Origin: Callorhinchus milii
Taxonomy: Eukaryota
Length of the DNA stretch: 64,000 nt
Reading direction: 5' to 3'
Assembly: GCF_018977255.1 (NCBI RefSeq)
Contig: NW_024704743.1
Span: 105,216,001 to 105,280,000, forward strand
Shown here piece after piece: positions 1-13,284 of the stretch (its first letter is position 1; each line of letters starts with the position of its first letter). The notes beneath the pieces are model-generated. The model was not told where the DNA came from. It did no database searches and worked only from the letters and a program-made list of their open reading frames with translations. A program made the translations under genes and the position numbers.

Positions 1-740
1 TATTATTTTAGATGATTATATATATAGTATAAAATCCTGTGAAGAACTATCGATGTCTTGTTCACATGATAAAGTGCTATATTCTTATTATTTAGCTTAA
101 ATTGTGCAGGTCCAGAGTGGAAATAAAACTCCAAACAGTAAAGGAAATAATTAAAATTCCCAAAGTCTCGTTGTAGCGAGAGAAAATCTGAAAGGGCAGT
201 TATATGTCAATAAAAAAAATACAACTGATTTGGAGGATTTAACCAAACTGAAGAGGTTGTTGAAGGTTCCTGCTACTGTGCCTCAGAGGTCAAACAATTC
301 CAGATAAGTAGCAATCCAACTTCTCAGGCTGCAGAGCATCACTGGACTTGGATGAGATAGATTTGTTGCTTGACTGAGATGAGATGGATTTGGAGGCTGA
401 GGTCCCATAAATCTGCCTTTTCCAATGTTTGTTCAAATCAGATTTGCATAATCTCTTAGCCTAATATATTTTACATGCCTTTGGTCTTTAACCCTTTATC
501 CTTAACAGAAATAAAACTTGCAATTGACACGGGAATATACATGAGCTTCATTGTTTAATTAATTAATTCATTGGAGTTAATTTAACACTGTTGGAAGATG
601 TGTTTCATATATAATACTGTAGAAAATGAAGGAGTTTTTAATGAAGGGTTGATAGTTATGTGGAATAAGCGACCAGCCTACATGGTCGAAAAAGGTTTCA
701 ATAAGAAACTGAGCGTGACACAATTAACTTGATAATAGTA

Positions 741-1047
741 AATAATAATCCTTGCATTTGATAAAGCGCTTTTCACGTCTTCTCGACGTCTCAAAGCACT
801 TCACAGAATAGACTGTAAAGTGAATTGACCGTATATTTGTGGGCGAAATGCGGCAGCCAATTGCACACAGCAGTGTCCCACAAACAGTCGTGGATTGAAA
901 ATGATCAATTTATTATTGTTTTGGAGGGATTATTATTAGGCGTGTGGAGTAAGGAAACTTGCCCAAGGTTTCGCCCTGCCTGGAATTGAACTCAGGTCTC
1001 TCGCTGGCAAAGCGAGTGCTCTCACCACTGAGCTACTGGACTCCACA
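741..1047 (-). mobile_element. tRNA-derived SINE with Deu-type central domain and L2-like tail (short subfamily), full length
   Basis: Head GTGGAGTCCAGTAGCTCAGTGG...GAGTTCAATTCC (A/B boxes), core TGTGGGACACTGCTGTGTGCAATTGGCTGCCGC and (TTA)n tail. Many copies occur in the window. Confidence 0.9.
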
Positions 1048-1865
1048 TAAGTTTGCAGATGATACTAAGATAAAAAAAAGTTGTAAACGGTGAGGAGGAT
1101 AGTAGCAGACTGCAAGAGGACATAGACAGACTGGAAAAATGGGCAGACACGTGGCAGATGAAGTTTAACATGGCGAAATGCGAAGTGATGTATTTTGGGA
1201 GGAAGAATGAGGAGAGGCAATATAAGATAGATGGTATAATCTTAAAGAGGATGAAGGAACAGAGAGATCTGGGGGTTCATATAAGTCAATCTTTGAAGGT
1301 AGCAGTACAGGTAGATAAAGCTGTTAAAAAAAGGATACAGGATACTAGGCTTTATAAATAGAAGCATAGAATAGAAAAGTCAGGAAGTTATGATGAACCT
1401 TTATAAAACATTGGTTAGGCCGCAGCTAGTGTATTGTGGGCACCACACTTTAGGAAGGATGTCAAGGCATTGGAGAGGGTGCAAAGGAGATTTACCAGGA
1501 TGATACCAGGAATGAGGGACTTCAGTTATCAGAAGAGGCTAGAGAAGCTAGGATTATTTTCCTTGGAGCAGAGAAGGTTAAAAGGAGGGGAATTATGAGG
1601 GGATTCGATTGGGTGAACAAGGAGATACAATTTCCAATGGCGGGTGGGTCGGTAATCCGATTCAAAATAATTGTTAAAAGAAACAGAGGGAAGGTGATAA
1701 GAATTTTTTTCACACAGCGAGTTGTTTGGATCTGGAAAGCATTGCCTGACAGGGTGGTGGGGAGAGCGCAGGGGAGTGGGATTGATTTGGATAGCTCTTC
1801 TAAAAGAGCTGGCACAGACACAATGGACTGAGTGGTCTCCTTCTGTGCTGTATAATTCTATGATC
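1048..1865 (+). mobile_element. CR1-clade LINE, 5'-truncated 3' fragment
   Basis: KFADDTK followed by degenerate MKFNMAKCEVMYFG...EQRDLGV and FFTQRVVWIW, then a CR1-type 3' tail. Confidence 0.88.
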
Positions 1866-2544
1866 TGGAGGATATCTCAAAGCACTTTGCACAGTTGACT
1901 TGGTACCCATGTTGGTGCAGTGGTGAGGGGGTTGGGGAGAGAGAAGGTGACTGAAAACATGGTCAAGAAGATAGGATGTCCCATTATGAAGACAACATGA
2001 TCAGGCTACTATTTCGAGGTTTCAGCTTATTATACCTTAGTGTTTTTAAAATAGAAACTGCAGGTTACATGCTACAAATACACAACACAAAAAAAAACTT
2101 TGATTGATCCAGTGCCTTAAAGATTTAGAAAGAATGTATAACTTGGCCCAACCAGTCCTTGCTGGTGGTTGTACTGCCCACAAATTCCTTACTCCCTCCC
2201 ATGCTTCTATTTCTCTCTCCCTCATATGACATTCTAGCTTCTGCTTGAATGTCTGAAGCAGTGGTTAAATACTAACTGATTCAACCATTGATTCAGGCAA
2301 CAAGTTCCACAGGCTCACTATCCTCTCCATGAAGTAGTTACTCCTAAATTCTCTTTTATAGATCCTCTAGTCATGGTGACTTAAGTGATAGATACAAATT
2401 AAGCCAGGGTCGAGTTATCAAGATATCAAGAGTTCACTGTACTTTTACATGCATAGTGGAAGGGCAGCAACATTCTAATCTTTCTTGCCTGCTTTGAATA
2501 GGTAAGCTTCGAGTTCCAGGGAGGCCACTAGGTTGAGTGCTTTA

Positions 2545-3165
2545 ATAATAATAATCTTTGCATTTGTCTTCTAGACGTCTCAAAGCGCTTCACTGAATAT
2601 ACTGTAAAGTGAATTGACTGTATCTTTGTGGGCAAAATGCAGCAGCCAATTGCCCACAGCAGTGTCCTACAAACAGTCATGGATTGAAGTGGCCAATTTA
2701 TTATTTTTTTTCTTGAGGGATTATTATCCTTTGTGACCATGTTGTGCAGAAAATTCCAACTCAGCGAACCGTCACAGTAGGAAGTGGATATTTCACACGT
2801 TACTAGGCATTCTTCCTGAGCTCATATTGAATAAGAAAATACCCATTTTCATAATGAATGGATAATAATTCTTAGATTTGATATAGCACCTTATCACGTC
2901 TGACATATCTCAAAGTGCTTCACAGAATATACTGTAAAGTGAATTACCTGTATATTTGGTGAGCGAAACAGTTGTGGATTGAATGACCAAATTTTTTTTA
3001 AAATGGAAAAGCGATGGAAAATGGAAAGCGATCTGGCAATCGACTAAACAGAAGTAAAGGTAAATAGAGGTGTGTGGAGTAAGGAAACTTGCCTAACTTT
3101 TCGCCCCACCTGGGAATCGAACCCAGGTCCTCTCATATGCAAGGCAAGTGCTCTAACCACTAACC
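2545..3165 (-). mobile_element. Two adjacent Deu-type SINE copies (partial 2545-2735; 2862-3165)
   Basis: Same tail, core and head sequences as the 741-1047 SINE. Confidence 0.8.
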
Positions 3166-4380
3166 ATCCACTTAGAGCGGAGAAGACAAAAAAAACTTCC
3201 CAGTGTGTCCAGAAATTGCCTTTTGTAACTCTTTTTTTTTGCAAATATCTTCAACAATGAGGAGAGCATTGTATAAGCTGCTCAAGGCCGAAATCCTATT
3301 AATGGAAGAGCAATCAAATCGCCTCCCTCCTACATAACATCCAATATGAAATTGTTAATGTAAGGACACATTCTGGCTCCTTTAACACAAAGATATATTG
3401 AGGTTTTTCCTTGTTTTTACATCAGGTGAAATGTCTTGTCTTCAATTAAAATTCTCTAAATGCTGCAGGTTATTATTTTGCCTAGCGAAACTTTCCTGCA
3501 TTGAGATTGACACAAAGATTTTACAACAAAATCTGGAGCCCACAGAATTATTGATGATACAGATACTGTAGCTATATATACACCCACACAATCATATACA
3601 ACAATTTGGACACTCGATTTAACGATTACCTAGCTCCAAATGGTCTTACCCTTAAAAATATTATTTTATAATTTAAGGTAAAGCAGAATTTTGGAAAATC
3701 CTTAAATTTAATCTAATTTAGGAAAAACAGTTTTCTGCAGTTCAGACTTTGGGCTCCAAATAAAGACTGAATGTCCATTACCCTCTTTGAAACTGTAACA
3801 GGAAATAAATAGGAATATGGTTCATTTTCTTAATAATGGATTGTCTCCATCACCAAGGAAGGAAAAGTGGCAGAAGAGTCAAATGCAATTTGTCGCGAGG
3901 GTGCCACCTTTGCCTCTAGAAACAATCATTGCATCTCACTTATATTTATGAATAAACCACTGAAGCCAGTTTTTCCTCACCAAATAAAAAACGGAGGTTG
4001 GGTCCTGAGGTCTATTTATCTTGCAAAATCGGGGTGTAAAATTTAACACAAAAAAAAGTAAATTTGGGGAAAAGCAGATTTATTTTGGAACATCTGCTTA
4101 GCGCGTGCACTCTGAAAACTACCTGGCAGCAACGCCAGTTCCTGTGATATGAGTGAAAGATGGTTTTGGTAATTCAAGCTGGGTTGGTTCCGAGAGGCGT
4201 GCGCACAATCATGGGCACCCATGATAAGCAAATCTGACTATTAAAAATTAAATTGAGGTCACAGTGTTTTTTTAAACTGATTGACTTTCATTGTAAAAAA
4301 AACTTTTATCAGTGAAAACCTATTCAAAAATCGACTTCAATGATCTCTTCTTATGAAGCAATTTTTGAAGTGATGAGATA

Positions 4381-4750
4381 AGAATCCTTGCATTTGATGT
4401 AGCACCTTATCACATCTTCAACACGTCTCAAAGCTCTTCATGAATTTATCATAAAGTGAATTGACTGTATATTTTGTGGGCAAAACATGGTAGCTAATTG
4501 TGCACAGCAGTGTCCCACAAACAGTTGTGGATTGAAGTGACCAATTTTTTTTAAGGAATTATTACCCCCGGAAAAGCAATCGGCCAATCGACTAACAACC
4601 GGTAAGTATGAACCGGGTTCCTACTTACAGTTAGGTAAACAGAGGTGTGTGGAGTAAGAAAAACCCCCCAGCATTTCTCCCTGCTGGGAATCAAATCTAG
4701 GTCTCGCGCTTGTGAGGTGAGTGCTCTAACCACTGAGCTAAGGACTCCAC
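4381..4750 (-). mobile_element. Deu-type tRNA SINE (long subfamily)
   Basis: Head, core and tail are present, plus the extra TCTGTTTACCTAACTGTAAGTAGGAACCCGG segment. Confidence 0.88.
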
Positions 4751-5469
4751 ATGATGCAACAGTACCAAAATTTTTGATCATTTTCAATACTAAAGATACC
4801 CTCCTAAATTCCTCCAGAATTTCACATAATTTTATCCTTAAAAATAAGGAATGCCAAAGGAATACTCATCAAAAACAACAATGCACTCACACAGGGCAAA
4901 GCACCCCCTCTCTATTTACCACTACCCAATTCTGGCCCTATGGACACCAACAGCAAATTAACCAGATACCATTACTATATCAGCTACATCAACATTGATC
5001 AAAAGATCAATTCTGCTCATTTACCGATTTGCACCTCTGCCATACCATGTTAACCAAATCACATGATTACATGATCACAAGATAAATTTGGATGAAGAAG
5101 GCCCTTTGGCCGATCTGATCTAATCCTTCCGAAATACCCACCCCGTGTCCTCTGATCACAGCTTCATTTTTTTTTAAAAAAGGAGTTCAGTGTCCCAGCT
5201 TCAACCAACTTTCCTGGCAACCTGTACCAGTCGTTGATTATCTTCTGAGTAAACAAAAACTTTCTGATGTCTTTCCTTAAATTGCTCCTTGCCACTCTAA
5301 ATGCATTTCCCCTTGTTCTACTGTCTTTGTCCATCCTAAAATATTTCTGGGTTTACTTTTCAATTTCATTTAAAATGTTATATACCTCTAGAAGATCCCC
5401 TCTGAGACATCTCTCAACTAAAGCTCTCTAAATTGTCTAATCATTGCTTGTTGCTCATTCACTGTGTCC

Positions 5470-6506
5470 GCCGTTCTTTGACACGCACAAAAACAGGCTT
5501 CTGCTCCAACATCATCTTGGAAGCTAAACACAACCCTAAAATCTTTTTTTCAACCACCTACTACCTCCTCCGTGCCCCCCTTCAGGTCTCCTCAATCTTC
5601 GTATCAAATGCCAAGTGCGAGGAGGTCATGGACTTCTTTTCATCTAAAATACTTAACATCCACCAGGCAGCCTCATCCACCTGCCTCTTGTCACCCACCA
5701 CCATGCCCTCTCTGTCCCCCTCACCCTCCCCATCATCTGCTCCTACCACCACCCCCATTCTACATTCCTTTCTCCCCATGTCTCCCTCCTCCCTCTCACC
5801 CACTATCACCTCCATGAAACCCACCACCTGCTGCCTCGAACCCCTCCCCACCAACTTACTGGTCACCCAGTTGATCACGCCATCCTCCTCCACCGCCTTT
5901 CCTCCATCATCCACCTCAGTGGGACCGCACTCGCCTGGTTCGAGGCCTACCTCACAAACGGCCAGCAGTACATCTGCACAAACAGCTTCTCCTCCTGCTC
6001 TGACCCGGTTACCTGTGGGGTACCCCAAGGATCCATCCTTGGCCCCTCCTTTTTCTGATCTATATACTTCCTCTAGGGAATGTCATCGCAGACATGGGGT
6101 ACATTTCCACATCTAAACAGACGACACCCAACTCTATTTTTCCACCTCTTTTTGCGACCCCCCAGTCCCCTGATGTTCTGTCAGCCTGCCTGTCAGACCT
6201 CAGGGGCTGGATGAGCACAAATTTCCTTTAGCTGAACATTGACAAGACGGAAGCCACACTCTTTGGCTCTTGTCAACGTCTAAAATCTCTGAAAGAGGCT
6301 CTGAAACTCCCTTCCTCACTCCCTTCGCTTCATTCCCTTTCTTCCTATTTTCAGGTCTCTACTGAAGACCTTTCTTTTCGACTGCACCTTTGGTCACCTT
6401 CCTCCCCCTCCCTCTGGCTTGGCCTCAGGATCCATTACTGTGAAGCGCTCTGAGACGTCATCCGACATGGAGGGAGCTATATAAATCCAAGTTGCTGTTG
6501 TTGTTG
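5470..6506 (+). mobile_element. L2-clade LINE remnant with internal deletions
   Basis: IILEAKHNPKIFFSTT and MKPTTCCLEPLPT match the L2 ORF2 at 25-27.5 kb. It ends in a (TTG)n tail. Confidence 0.82.
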
Positions 6507-6514
6507 AATAATCA

Positions 6515-9500
6515 TCATAACATAACATAACAACATAACATGTAGGAGCAGGAGTAGGCCATTCAGCCCTTCGAGCCTGCCCCGCCATTCAATCATGGCT
6601 GATCTTCTAATCTAACTCCAGCTAATAACCTGACCCTGCCTTATCCCCATATCCCTTAATCCCTTTTGCAATAAGAAATCTATCTATCTCAGTCTTCAAT
6701 ATGTTCAAGGACTGGGTGTCAACAGCCCTTTGGGGTAGTGAGATCCATACATTCACCACCCTTTGAGTGAAGAAGTTCTTCCTCAACTCAGTGTGAAAGG
6801 GCTGGCCTCTGATTTTAAGGTTGTGATCCCTGGTTTTAGTTTCTCCAACCAGGGGAAACAATCTCCCACTATCTACTCTATCATGCCCTTTGATGATCTT
6901 ATAGGTTTCTATAAGATCCCCTCTAATTCTTCTATATTCTAGAGAATATAGGCCCAAATTGGTCAGTCTATCCTCGTAACTCATCCCCTTCATCCCTGGT
7001 ACTAACCTAGTAAATCTACGCTGCACCCCCTCCAAGGCAAGTACATCCTTCCTTAAATGAGGAAACCAAAACTGGACACAATATTCCAGGTGTGGTCTCA
7101 CCAGGGCCCTATACAGTTGCAGCAAGACTTCCCTACTCTTATACTCTAATCCTTTCATAATGAATGCTAACATACCGTTCGCCTTCCTAATTGTTTGCTG
7201 CACCTGCAGACTAACTTTCTGTGATTGGTGTACAAGGACACCCAAGTCCCTCTGGACACTAACACATTCTAATCTCTCCCCTTCTAAAAAATAACCCGCT
7301 CTACTGTTTTTGCTACCTAGGTGGATGACTTTGCACTTCCCTACATTATACTTCATCTGCCACCTACTTGCCCGATCACCTAACCTATCTATGTCTCGCT
7401 GCATTTTTTTAATGTTGTCCTCTGTGTTGGCACTTCCTCCTAGCTTTGTGTCATCCGTGAATTTAGACATATTAGCTTCGATGTCCTCATCTAGATCGTT
7501 GATGTAGATGGTAAATAGCTGAGGCCCAAGGACTGATCCTTGTGGCACTCCACTAGTCACATCCCGCCAATCCGAAAAAGACCTGTTTATTCTACTCTTT
7601 GTTTCCTACCCGTTAACCATTCCCCAATCCATGTTAATATGCTCCCTCCATTTCCATGGGCCCTTATCTTTTGGACTAACCTTTTATGCGGCACCTTATC
7701 GAATGCCTTCTGGAAGTCCAAATAGACCACATCCACTGATTCACCCTTATCTAGTTTACTGGAAATGTCCTCAAAAAACTCTATGAGATTTGTCAAACAT
7801 GACTTCCCTTTTGTAAAGCCATGTTGACTTGGCCTAATTATATTGTGCTCCCCTAAATACCGCACTACCACATCCTTAATCAACGATTCTAAAATTTTTC
7901 CTATCACTGATGTGAGACTAACTGGCCTATAGTTTCCCATCTTTCCTTTCCACCTTTTTTAAATAGTGGTGTGACATTTGCGATCTTCCAATCCATGGGG
8001 ACTGTTCCAGAATCCAAGGAATTTTGGAAGATCAGACATAAGGCCTCCACTATCTCATAAGCTACCTCTTTTAAAACCCTGGGATGCAAGCCATCCGGAC
8101 CAGGGGATTTGTCACTTTTTAGTGCTAACAGTTTCCCTAGCACCAATTCTCTACTAATGAAAATTTCCCTAAGTTGCTCCCTGTCCTTATCCCTTGGTGC
8201 ATCTCTATTGTTGGCAGACTTGTTGTGTCTTCTAGGGTGAAGACAGATGCAAAGTACCCATTTAGGGACTCTGCCATGTCCTTGTCCCCCATTACAACTT
8301 CTCCTGTCTCTGACTGAAGTGGACCTACATTTACCCTCACTAGCCTATTCCTCTTAATATATTTGTAAAAACTTTTACAATCAGACTTAATGTTCCTAGC
8401 TAGCTTACCCTCATACTCCTTTTTCTCGCTCTTAATGAGTTTTTTAGTTTTATTTTGCTGGTTTCTAAAACTCTCCCAATCTTCAGATTTGCCGCTTTTC
8501 TTGGCAGTTTTATAAGCCTTTTCTTTTAATTTGATGCTTTCCCTAACTGCTCTAGTTAGCCACGGATGAATTGCTTTCCCTGTGGTACTCTTATTCCGCA
8601 AGGGAATATGCGACCGCTGAGAATTTTGCACTACATCCTTAAATATTTGCCACTGTTGGTCTACATTTTTACCTCTTAATCTTATTCTCCAGTCTATTTT
8701 ACCTAAATCTTTCCTCATACCTACAAAATTAGCCCTATTTAAATTCAGAATACTTGCCTCGGATTTAACTATATCCCTCTCTAACTTAATGCAGAATTCA
8801 ATCATACTGTGATCACTCTGCCCCAGAGGATTCTTAATACCTACACTGCCAACTAGCCCTGTTTCGTTACACAAAACAAGGTCTAGGATGGCCTGTCCCC
8901 TAGGTGGTTCCTCGGCATGCTGCTCTAGAAAGTTATCTCTCATACACTCAATGAATTCTTCTGACCTACTTTTGCCGATTTGGTTTTCCCAATCTATGTG
9001 GAGATTGAAATCATCCACTATTATCGCTTTACCTTTCCTACATGCTCCACTGATTTCTTGATTGATACCCTGTGCTATATTGTGATCACTGTTTGGGGGT
9101 CTATAAACCACTCCCATTAATATTTTCTGCCCTTTATTATTTTTTATTTCCACCCATATTGTCTCAATCTCCTGGTCATCGGATTTCAGATCCTTCCTCT
9201 CCACTGCTTTTATTTTATCCCTAATTAACAGGGCTACCTCCCCACCTCTTTTCCCACAGTGCCTATCTTTCCTGTAAACTGAGAACCTTGGAATATTTAA
9301 CTCCCACCCTGGATCTCCTTGTAACCATGTTTCATGTGCTTTTCCTGTGCTTTTAGTTCATCAGTTTTATTCCGAATGCTTCGCACATTCAGATATAACA
9401 TTTTTAATTTCCTACCATTTCCTCTACTCTCTGATTCCTTATCTACTTCGCCAAGCTTCTTACCCTTAGTTAACATATTCCTATTATCTGGCATGTTATT

Positions 9501-10305
9501 CTGCACTGTCATCTTTACTTTTTCTAATGCTAACTTATGGTTTCTCTTACCTATATATTCCACCCCCTTTACTAGTTTAAATTCCTATTTATTTCCGTTA
9601 ATTCGTTTAGCTAGGATATTTGTCCGAGCACGATTTAAAAGCAGGCCTTTTCTCCGAAAGAGCTCTCTTTTCCCCCAATATTCGTGCCAATGGCCCATAA
9701 AAAGAAACCTCTGAGTTCCGCACCACTCTTTTAGCCATGCGTTCAAGTCCTTAATTTGTTTGTTCCTGTACCAATTGTCGTATGGTACAGGCAGTAGTCC
9801 CGATATTACCACCTTCGATGATCTCGACTTCAATTTGGACCCCAGCTCTTCAAATTCCCTTCTCAAGTCATCTTGGCCTACTCTACCGATGTCATGGGTA
9901 CCTATGTGAAGTACCACCAACGGATCCTTGTCCTCATATTTTAAATTGTCTTCTACCCCTGCCCAGACATCCTTCACCCCTGGCCCAGGGAGGCAACAAA
10001 GCCTTCTGGTCTTCTGGTTGCTGTTGCAGATGATTGTGTCTGTCTGCCTTATAGTCTCATCCCCAATGACGACAACCATCCGCTCTTTTGCCCCAGTGTT
10101 AGAGGTAGTTTTTCCTTCCACCTCACTGGCTTCCTTGTCGATACAAGTTCCAAGGATCTCATATCTGTTGTTCAAGTTTAATGCCGGATTTACTACCACT
10201 CTTTCCGCTGTCCCTCTGACCTCCTGACTGTCCATTGACCTATCCTGATCATTGCTCTCCTCTGCAGTGTTTATAGGGCTTGCGCAACCCTGTAACGTCA
10301 TGGTG
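6515..10305 (-). mobile_element. CR1-clade LINE, near full length: ORF1 SGNH-esterase-like domain (9585-10301) and frameshifted ORF2 (endonuclease plus RT)
   Basis: Endonuclease motifs YRPPNS, DDFNL, ILDLVL and SDH. RT motifs [30 protein letters not shown] and KFTDDTKL. The 3' tail is GGCCTACTCCTGCTCCTACATG(TTATG)n. Confidence 0.96.
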
Positions 10306-11081
10306 ACCAGAACTGTACTCAGTTCTCAAGGCCTGGCCTGACCACTACGTATAATGAGTATGACAACTGAGGAGTCTGAACTCAACTGATATAGTAATAT
10401 AATCTAGCATTATGTTTACCCTGTTTAAAATGTTTAAAACAGGGTAAACATTTTTATCAGTATGTAAGCTTTTGCATCAATTAAAAATCTTGTAATGTGA
10501 TGAAAATTGTGATGAGTTATGCGATGTGATCAAGAGAATCACAAAGTCAAAGAAGGGGACTAATGCCATGGATCAGTTTTGTTACTGACTGACTGTAGTA
10601 AACCACAGTTATTAAAGATAATCATTCACTGGTTATAATTAAACATGCTGCCTCAACCCCCTCCTCACCCAGCCGTTGGCCACTCAACTCCCACTGCTCT
10701 CCCCCATGCTAGCCAAAAAAAAAGTTAGGACAGATTTTCTTGGTGGAATGCCCACATATTCTTCTTGTAGGCATTTTGGTGACGCATTTCACATTTTATG
10801 AGCTTGTAACATGAGCACCTGGTTACCATTTATGTGAGAAACATTGTTAAACTGTCAAAAATCCATATGTGGATTTTACTGCCATTATATAAGATCAAGG
10901 CTGATACTCCAGTGCAAGGTTGGGAGAGTGCCACATAGTCAGAGTTGTCGTCCTTCAGATGGTCTCTTCCGCTTCTTCAACTGAATGTTAAAGAATCCAT
11001 GACACTACTCAGAAAGAGAAGGAATTGTCTCCTAATGTCTCAGTCAACAATTTCCCCAGATGAAATTGGTCATTCGTTTCA

Positions 11082-11865
11082 TAATAATAATAATCCTTGC
11101 ATTTGATACAGCACCTTTTCATGTCTTCAAAACGTCTCAAAGCGCTTCACAGTAAAGTGAATTAACTGTATATTTTGTGCATATTTTGTGGGTGAAACAC
11201 AGCAGCCAATTGCCCACAATAGAGCCCCACAAACAGTCGTGGATTGAGTGTCCAAATTATTATTATTATTTCTTTAAGGGATTATAACCCCCGGAAAAAT
11301 GATCCGTCAATCAACTAAAAACTGGTTTCCTACTTACTGCTACTGTTACTGAATTCAAGATCCTCATCCTCACCTACAAGGCCATTCACGGCCTTGCTCC
11401 CTCCTACCTCTCCGACCTGCTATCCCCCTACCTACCTGCCCGTACCCTCCGTTCCTCTGGCTCCGGTCTGCTCCACATCCCCCGCCCTAACCGCCCTACC
11501 ATCGGTGGCCGGGCCTTCAGCCTCTCAGCCCCTAGGCTCTGGAACTCCATCCCTCAGTGCCTTTGCCTTGCTTCCTCCCTTTCCTCCTTCAAGGCCGGTC
11601 TCAAGACCTTTCTCTTTGACCGTGCCTTCAGCTCCCCTCTCGACTCTCTACCCCCTCCTCGCTCCCTCCCTCCCCTCCCCCTGACCATTCCTCCCCTGCT
11701 CAGGTCCTGACCCAACTGTCCAGGGCCTTGGGACGTCTTCCCGACGTGAAAGGCGCTCTGTAAATGGAATCTTGTTGTTGTTGTTGTTGTTAGGTAAACA
11801 GAGGCATGTGGAGTACAGAAATTTGCCTAACATTTTGCCTTGCCTGGGAATCGAACCCAGATGCT
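11082..11865 (-). mobile_element. Deu-type SINE (long subfamily) split by an L2 insertion
   Basis: The SINE sequence cctacttactgcta|ggtaaacagagg is interrupted from ~11343 to 11790. Confidence 0.8.
11350..11790 (+). mobile_element. Young L2 LINE 3' fragment with (TTG)n tail
   Basis: Nearly identical to the reverse complement of 25106-25595. Confidence 0.92.
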
Positions 11866-13284
11866 TTCAAAAACAACTTGCACTTATATAGGGCCCTTCA
11901 CACAGGGTAGAGGCCTCTGTAGCTTCCCTCTCGGTAGGAGGTGAGTGCTACAGGACTCCTATTTGTTGGGTATTGCTGTGTGCCAAATTGGCTGTTTTGA
12001 TCACCTACAAATACACCATTATTACATTTAACAGAATTTGCCGTGAGATAAAATATTTTTATGAGTATCTTTAAAGCATTATATCAAATGCAAAAATGAT
12101 GATTATTATACAGCCTGTACTGTTTATTGACAAAATGAAAACATATGCTACAAAAAGTGTTGATCTACTTGTGTTTCAAAAATAGGGTATTTTAAATAGA
12201 AAAAAAACAAGAATTGAAATATGGCTGTATTGACCATGTAGCCAACCCATTATAATTTATCACATATGCAACATCAAAACAGCTAGAATGCATTGCCAAC
12301 TATAACATTGCAGGACAGCAATTTGTTATTTTGCGAGGAATGTTTCCACTTTCTATGTTTAGATCTATCGTGCAGCACTTCAAGACAATATAAAGAATGG
12401 ATTACATCCAGGGCTAATTATCTTATTATCCTATTTCAAAGGGTAAAGATCCTATTCATTTATGTACTCAATCAGAGATATTAATCATCAACCACAGAAA
12501 TGAGCTCCCCACTATATGTGACACTTCTGTTTCTTATACCTACCATCTCAGCTTTGTTTATGATCTTTTTGAGATGCACAAACTCATTCAGTAACAAACT
12601 ATGGATTATTTTGTGCTTTGGAACTGCAAAATCCAGAATTGCATCGAGCCTTAGGTTTTGAGACTATTTCTTTCTTAAATTTATGGCTGTACATAATTGT
12701 GAAAAATTATTAAATTGAGGGCCAATTTGGAAGCTAGTTTTCTTCAGTTCATAAAAATAATCCACTTCTGACTTGATATAAAAACTTTTCATAATTCTGC
12801 ATCATCTTGAATTTTAAGACAAACTAGTTTTACGTGGCTAAGACTAAGTAGAATTTCTGTCCTTTCTTTCATGAGAAATCCTGTTGCTAAAACAATGTTT
12901 AATTGCTAAACTTATTAGGTCTAAGGTGCTTTACACTGTCAGAGAGCATCCCAGTCGACATTTCAGTTGATAAAAGTTGATAAAAGGGCTGAATAGAGCA
13001 ACCATATCATAGAGATTATGAAAGTCCCTATTTCAATCAGGCCATCTTCATACCAGTAGCATAAGCACAGTGTTAACAGCAGGAAGGATGATTCACAAAA
13101 GAGTGTTAAATGTAGTTGTAGAAGAATTAAACACAACCAAATGCTAACTTGAGCTGAGAACAACAATAAATTCAAGTTTTGGGAAAAGTGTTGTAACGCA
13201 TTGCTGAAGGTAATGGCAGCCTGAGGTTATACCAGTAGTGGTGGTTTCCAATATTAGTATAGAGATAAAAAAAACACAAAATAT

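Noticed and set aside
3715..3793. Minus-strand acceptor (ttcctgttacag) giving FSKRVMDIQSLFGAQSLNC as a possible last ALKAL exon
   Set aside because: It lacks the cysteine after KR and the ARLL/SP motif, so the resemblance is probably chance.
10547..10600. Minus-strand YYSQSVTKLIHGISPLL* resembling the ALKAL C-terminus
   Set aside because: No AG acceptor at the required position and no cysteines.
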